NCBI GenBank assembly: GCA_950097015.1
Contig: CATNEN010000029.1
Span: forward strand, 3,906,001 to 3,970,000
Length of the DNA: 64,000 bases
DNA from: Macrostomum hystrix
Taxonomy: Eukaryota; Animalia; Platyhelminthes
Direction of reading: 5' to 3'
This document shows, piece after piece, positions 57,909-64,000 of the stretch (position 1 is the stretch's first letter; each line of letters starts with the position of its first letter). The notes under the pieces are model-generated. The model worked only from the letters and a program-made list of their open reading frames with translations, did no database searches and was not told where the DNA came from. Both the position numbers and the translations under genes were made by a program.

Positions 57909-60900
57909 CTGCAATAGAAAAGTGCAAAGTGTGCGGCATTGCATAGCTTCAGAGCTCGTTGAAGTGAATTTTAGCGCACCGCATCAACATTTCAGAGCTC
58001 TTAACAGCCGACCCACTTCAGGCCAGCGTCAATTGAATAGTTTACTTTAAAGGGCCTGGGAGTGTTAGTTGCTGAGTGGCGCCGGGGCGCGGGTTTTCAA
58101 GTGGCTGACCATTGGAATAATGAATCAAGGAAGTGGCATTGTGAGTGCGCTGGAGTCTGGGGTAGCCGCTGTCCGGTGGGCACAATGGGCCCCCCACAAC
58201 CCTCACACGCGTAGTTACGTCACACACGCAAGCATCCAGCAAGGAACTGCAACTCACGCTGTTCTGATCGGCCTGAGCTGCAGTCTCCGTTCTCAAGCTG
58301 GCCTGGGGCTGCTCTTCGTCAGCCGCGTCAGCCTTGGTGTTATCCGTGTTGGCGCCTGATCCAGCTGCAGAGGAGGCGGACTTCTGCCTCATCTGCCGCT
58401 GCAGCTGGAGATGGGAAGCCTTGTGCGGCTTACGAGGCCAGCCGGTAGGGAATATTCGGCGACCCCGAATGCCCAGCTTGGTGGCGAGTCGCTTGCCGAC
58501 GCTGCCTATGGAGGGCTTGGCGAATGGCCTCTTTGTGGCTGGACCGGCTGTTGAGGACTTGGACGGTGGAGGCGGAGGCGGCGGAGGCGGCTGAGGCTTC
58601 GGCAGTTGCTGCGGCGGCGTTGGCGGCGACTCCGGACTGTCGACACTTTCACTGCTGCTGTCGCCGCTGCTGCTGCTGCCGCTGTCTGTGCCGCTGCCGC
58701 TGCTCTCTGCACTGCTTTCTTCAATGCTGTCACCGACACCGACACCGCCGCTGCTGCTGCTGCTTGCAGCTTTTGTTTCCGGCTTTGGCGGCTGCAGCTT
58801 TCTGTAGTGTCCAAAGATTCAATGGCAAAAGTGTTTAGACTATAAAAATAATAAAAATATTAATAATTGATTACGTCTACCCGAATCGGGCCAGATGTGC
58901 AGCCGCAGCTATTGTGCTGCGAATCTGAAGGCTGCGTACGGCTGTTCAGTCCATGGACTGGGGGGACGCCACACCCACCCTCAATTACCCCAGCTAATGC
59001 TGGTACCCATTTAACAGCTGGGTGAACTGAAGCAATGCAGAGTTAAGTGTCTTGCTGAAGGACACAAATTGTTCACGTGGAGTCTGGAATCGAACCCCCG
59101 ACTTTCAATTCGTGAGTCTAACGCTCTAACCACTAGACTACATTTTTTCTAGATGATGATGATTATTCAGTCAGGGATTCAGACCAATGGTTGATAAGGA
59201 TCTCACCAAATTAAGGATCCCAGTGCAGCAGGCAGAGTCATAATAAGGTGTGATACATCATCACTTATAAGCATGCTATAATGAGCACGATTGAGCATTA
59301 TGTAAATCATTTTTTAGATTCCGTCTGTAGCGAAACAAGCTTCTTGGTCAGTCTAATAATATCCCTATTCCCTGAATCCCTATCTACATAATTTTCTCCC
59401 TTTCATCCCAAACTCGCTAATTGAGTTGGCGATATAGCTTGGTCGGGATATAGAATCAGGCGGGGCTACATTTTGAGTCCACCCAGCCTTCAGATCCCAA
59501 TCCGCATTGGTCCCCTGTCAAATCCTATATTCTGTACACACCATATACAGAGCTTATCAATTTTAAGCTTAATAAATGGCGAGGTTAAGGCCGGACAGAG
59601 GGGGGAGATCTTGGCGAGGAGATAAAAACCTGGAGGCTGGACAAACAAGACTGCAATGTGGGAAGCTGCGGGTGGGGTTCAAAATTAAGGGAGCAGGATA
59701 GGAGGGAGAATATACGCATAGGTGGGAAGAAGCATGGCTGGCTGACTGTCGCATCTCATGCGTGTGATATGCGATAACAATCTAAGTACTTACAATGCCT
59801 ATAAGATACAGGGAATACGTATAGAGGCCTGTTTATTTCCAATGAAATCAGATCTAACCATTGAATCTGCTCTGTTTTACATCTGAACTTTCGGCAATTT
59901 AAAGGAAAATTAAGTTTAAGTAAAGCATAGCTTAGTAACACAAGAGCAGGGAATGGTGCCCTCATTTGCATGGCCCGCCCGCAGTTCCAGAATGGAGGCG
60001 GCTAGAGAGGCATGTGAAATCGATGCCGTTTTTTCTAGACCAACTCCCCTTTTCACACTAAATGGGAGTCTATCCCATAGACCGGGCCCTAGCAACTAGA
60101 TTTCAAGCTTGAACAATCCTAATGGGTGTGCGCAATGCATTCTAACCGAGTCTCCCCTTTTAGAGTGACGTCACTACACTAGGCGAGAATAGAATAGAAA
60201 TTCTGTTTCAAATAGGAAATAATACACCATTTAGACTTTATTTAGCATACAGTCAAGGCTTACTTGTTATATTCTTGAATGAGCCGCTTGTCCAGAATAT
60301 TCTTCTCCGGCTCCCAGGTGCTGTCCCTGAGAAGGAAAATTAGTTTTATTTAGTTTTGCTTAGTCCTGATTTAGGTGCGGTTAATTAAAAATTATTTAAA
60401 CTGTGCTTTAACTCATTAAATTGCACTTACTTAACAGACCAGCCCTTCCATTTCACGAGGTACTCCGTGCGACCCTGTAAAGAGAAGAAAATGAAAGAAA
60501 CGTTTAAAATGATTTGTTCGCAGTATTATATTATATAAAATTCCAAGGCTATAGATTAGCCATGCCAATACTTATATATATGAATGCATTCGATGTGAAA
60601 ATAGAATAGGTAAACACGAGATCTAGATCTCTAGATCTGGTACGAGCGTAGATCGTAGATCTAGCCACAGTCCCACATCAAATGATTGATGCAATGATAG
60701 CCACTTTGTCAGATCTAAATCAACACCAAAAAAGAAGCAAATAAATTATTTAAACAAATTCAGTTTTTTTTGTTTTCCTTTAAACAATAAGGCGGGAATA
60801 TTTCCCACTTGGTGACACCTACAGCAGACAGCTGTAGAGCCATCCGAATCACAAAAGGGTCACATATCCTATTGAAGACAAAGTAAATAAAAAACAAAGC

Positions 60901-63028
60901 TTCTAAAGAACGAAAATGCGATCCCACTTGAATTCACACAGACATCCTGAAACAGTAAACTTGAGTTGAATTTCGATAGGACGGGGACAGGATGCTGGGG
61001 ATGAGACTGGTAGCTGCATCGTGCGTGGGATTATATAAAATTTGGATAGCAAGGCAGCAGACGTAGCAGGGCCTTACAGCTGTTTTTTCATCAATGGAAC
61101 AGACAAAGGCTTTGTCAATGTGAAACTATCTGAATGTCCCCAAAAATTGTGTGTGGGGGTGGGAGACTGAACACGAAATGGGTGCTGGGGAATCGGTGAT
61201 GCAATCTGTCCCCTTGGCCAGGGCTAGCAGTTCCAACATCCAACAACTGTCTCCCTTCCAATATTAAAATGGGAAAACTGCGGTGGTCCAGCGAAAAAGT
61301 CGGACAAGGTTCTAATATTATATATATATGCATTATAGATAGGCTTTGAATACAATGAAATGAATTCTCTCGCGAATACACACACACTCTCTCTCGCACA
61401 AAACCCTGTGCGCTGCCGATGACGTAATAACAGACCCCTAAAGAGCAAAGACACACAACAGACGGCTGGACCGAGGCACCCTACCCGAGCTCTGCCTCGG
61501 ATACGCCCGAGCCCAGGCGCACGCTGAACACATTTCCCCTAGGCTTCACCCCCCACGAACCCCCAATGCCCCAAGCTATCCCCATAGCTAGGGCACCTGG
61601 CACTTCAATTCACTGGCTAGTATGATAATGGAATGTGAAAAATCTATCATATGTAGTGATAGTAGCACGAGAGTTGGAAAATGGATTGAGTACTCAAATA
61701 ATAACTGCTTGTCAAATTGACATCCGACTCTATATATATAATATATACAGACTTAGACTAAGAACTCTAATTTATCTATAGATCCATAATAGGCCTATCT
61801 AAACTAAATATAGCAAACGAGAATTTTAAGCTTCTCTTCCGAAAATCCCTAAAAGCCCTAGGGAGCCCTCTTCCTCCCCCCACCGTCGGCTCCAGTCCTC
61901 TTCAAATCCTCTCTTCCCTTTGCTAGCCCTCTGGCCCGGCCTCGCTCAACCTCAAATCCCCTACCCGGCAAAAATGCACACGGATAGGCAGGAATGAGCA
62001 TAATGATTGCCTATGCCCATTCGCTTTCTCTTTTTTATCCGAGTCTGTGAATAAGAAGGCAAGGCTGGGATATCCGAGGCAAATTTATTGCCAATTCATA
62101 ACAATATCAGGAATATAGTGAATTACTTAGGTCAGTGTCGGACAAGAGTTAGAATTTCACCCCGCTGAGGATCGGAGCTGAAGGAAATGAGGAAAACGGG
62201 AGCAGAATCCTGATGATTGTCTGCGTTCGCTGTTTAGCATAAGTGGGTAAATGTCCAGGCCTGCTTCTAGCTGAAAACCTAAATAAACAAAGGGAGAAAT
62301 TGGAAAGGCAAAAGAAGTTTCTCTCCTTCCATCCTTTGTTCCAGACAATCGAAGCATCCCAGCATTTCCTGCTTACACACTGTACGGATAGCTTGCTTCC
62401 AGCATACGAAATTTTTCCACTTCATTTTGCTTTTCAGGAATCGGATTCTATTCTATGGTCTAAACCCACGGCCAGACAGCCAACCTAAAGTGGTTGCGTC
62501 ACATCAAAAATAGAACGAGGCCCACCTGTGTCCCGTACCTACCTGAACACAGGTCTTATTATATACGAAAAGTTTTACTAAAACTGTCAGTGGCTGTTCA
62601 GATGAAATCTTATTGAATGAAATGCATTAAAATTCGTTCGGAATGACATGAATTAATGAATTAGTCTGAATGACATCGGAAGATGTCATTCAGACTAATT
62701 TGTTTAGTACAGTTACAGTATAAGGATAAGTTCTAATCTTATAACGTTTTTTATGAAAACTTTTTTCTCGGGTACGTTATTAAAAAGCCCATTACTTATT
62801 AAGTTTCAAGTTCTTGTTTCCTCGCATTGATCTCTTATCAAGGCTATAAGATAACGTGCCCTAAGCCTATTCACGATGATGCCTAGTCACGTGATATGAT
62901 ATATATTAAAAAGTCATATTGTGATGCAAATCTGTGGACGAAATAATAAAATGATCGATAAAAGTTTCTGTGCTTACCGAACGAATCCGCTTGTCGAGGA
63001 GTCTGTCTGCACTGTAAACGTCGCTCAT
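55392..63028 (-). CDS. Pc: Polycomb (Pc/CBX-family) chromodomain protein, 5 coding exons: 63028-62978, 60474-60431, 60326-60264, 58801-58258, 57908-55392; 1072 aa
   Basis: All introns are GT-AG with consistent phases (0,2,2,0). Spliced N-terminus [51 protein letters not shown] matches a Pc-type chromodomain (aromatic cage Y/W/W, WEPE-NILD-RL). AT-hook KRKRGRPKG at 57123-57152. Pc-box-like IVLTQVRVNGMDVIFRESPDPVGFF at 56928-57005. Confidence 0.88.
58258..58801 (-). CDS. Pc: Pc/CBX exon 4 (Ser/Pro-rich and basic linker)
   Basis: Acceptor CTACAG|A at 58802/58801, donor AGC|GTGAGT at 58258/58257, 544 nt open in frame (KLQPPKPETK...ADQNS). Confidence 0.82.
58875..59141 (-). mobile_element. tRNA-derived CORE-like SINE, copy 2 (in Pc intron 3)
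   Basis: Colinear and highly similar to 37903-38200, with B-box GGTTCGATTCC. Confidence 0.75.
60264..60326 (-). CDS. Pc: Pc/CBX exon 3 (chromodomain [20 protein letters not shown])
   Basis: TTCTCAG| acceptor and |GTAAG donor, 63 nt. Confidence 0.9.
60431..60474 (-). CDS. Pc: Pc/CBX exon 2 (chromodomain [14 protein letters not shown])
   Basis: TCTCTTTACAG| acceptor and |GTAAG donor, 44 nt. Confidence 0.9.
62978..63028 (-). CDS. Pc: Pc/CBX exon 1 coding part ([17 protein letters not shown])
   Basis: ATG at 63028 and TCG|GTAAG donor. A candidate upstream acceptor (CCCCCAG|) at 63098/63097 suggests a 5' UTR intron or a trans-splice site. Confidence 0.82.
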
Positions 63029-64000
63029 TTTTCTTGGTCGTTTGATGATGCTGATCTTTCTTCAAAAATAGTCAGCAATCGCTTTCACTGATCAGCTCTG
63101 GGGGATTAGGATAAAACAATATATTTAGGGAATAGCTAAGGAAACCTAAAGCTCGAAAAAGAGGAGCAAAATAAAATGGGAATAGGTCCTATGCTAGACT
63201 ATTTCGAATGTAAGGCTCTAGAAGGCAGCAGGCCTATGTTTTGGCTTGCCTCTGCCTCTGCCTAGACTGGGCGTGTGCGTGTGTGTGGTGAGACCCTTGC
63301 CGGCTGAATAAAATCAATAGGGCCAGTGAACGCCTGGGTTATATTCAGAGGGGTAAAAGAGGCGGGGGAGGGAGGAGGTTGACTAGGGGGAGGGTGAGAA
63401 AGTGGGGTTGTTCGACCCCCTACCTCACAACCCCACCTCGGCCTCCGTTCCACAAATTTTCGTTGCGGCTCCCCCCTAGTCCCATTGGGTGCGGCACTTC
63501 TGGGCTCAGAGCGGCAGCCCGTCGGCCTTGCAGATTGTGGAGAATTTTGGTTGGCTGGGCCGGCTTAGAGGAGGGTGGGTAGGGTTGTCACAACGCACAT
63601 TTAGCCTTTTTTTACCCAAATGCGAAACAAGTTTATTGACGAAGGCGCCCGCGAGCGGGGCGGGGGGAAAGGAAGTTGACTGGAACGTCAGCGAGATTTT
63701 GCTGGAGCCCAGCGAATGAGAGAATTGGGATGGGTAGAGTGAGAGAGAAAATAGTCAGGCTGAGAGAAGAGGGCTGTGGGCTTTTGGCAATTAGTTTGGA
63801 AAGGCTTGGCTCAACCCACCTCAACCTCCAAAGCCTTGGCAAAAAACCCGTTCTGAACTGAAATTGTGAATAAAGCAAGAGGCTTGGAAAATATTCTTCG
63901 TTCCAAGCCAAGCGCCGACGCACCACCCCAATACCCACAACCCCAAACCCGCCACCCCATCCGACACTCACTCCTAAACCCTCCAAGCAGCCCCTGACTG

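Overview
Eukaryotic (metazoan) genomic DNA in three zones. (1) 1-29,494: a head-to-tail array of at least five ~6.2-6.5 kb non-LTR retrotransposon (LINE) copies, all on the minus strand; the array runs off the left edge. ORF2 is a standard APE endonuclease + reverse transcriptase (Jockey/I-group-like, no RNase H seen). ORF1 is the striking part: an ALKBH2/ALKBH3-type AlkB 2OG-Fe(II) dioxygenase domain with all catalytic residues intact (HxD...H...RxxxxxR) is fused in frame, via an RGG-rich linker, to a gag-like region with three CCHC zinc knuckles. Two subfamilies (A, B) are interleaved. The four inter-copy junctions are identical, with no poly(A) or target-site duplication. Most frameshifts in copy 3 look like assembly-consensus artefacts. 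(2) ~30.7-54.6 kb: about 15 different 15-28 bp minisatellite arrays, interspersed with tRNA-derived SINEs and a possible hAT-type MITE. (3) 55.4-63.0 kb: a five-exon minus-strand Polycomb (Pc/CBX) gene reconstructed by hand from splice sites (chromodomain, AT-hook, Pc box, PxDLS; 1072 aa). The ORF track shows only its last exons. All domain calls are motif recognition by eye; no database searches were run. The species is not identified; the CAG-rich coding style and minisatellite density are reminiscent of the flatworm Macrostomum, which is only a guess.
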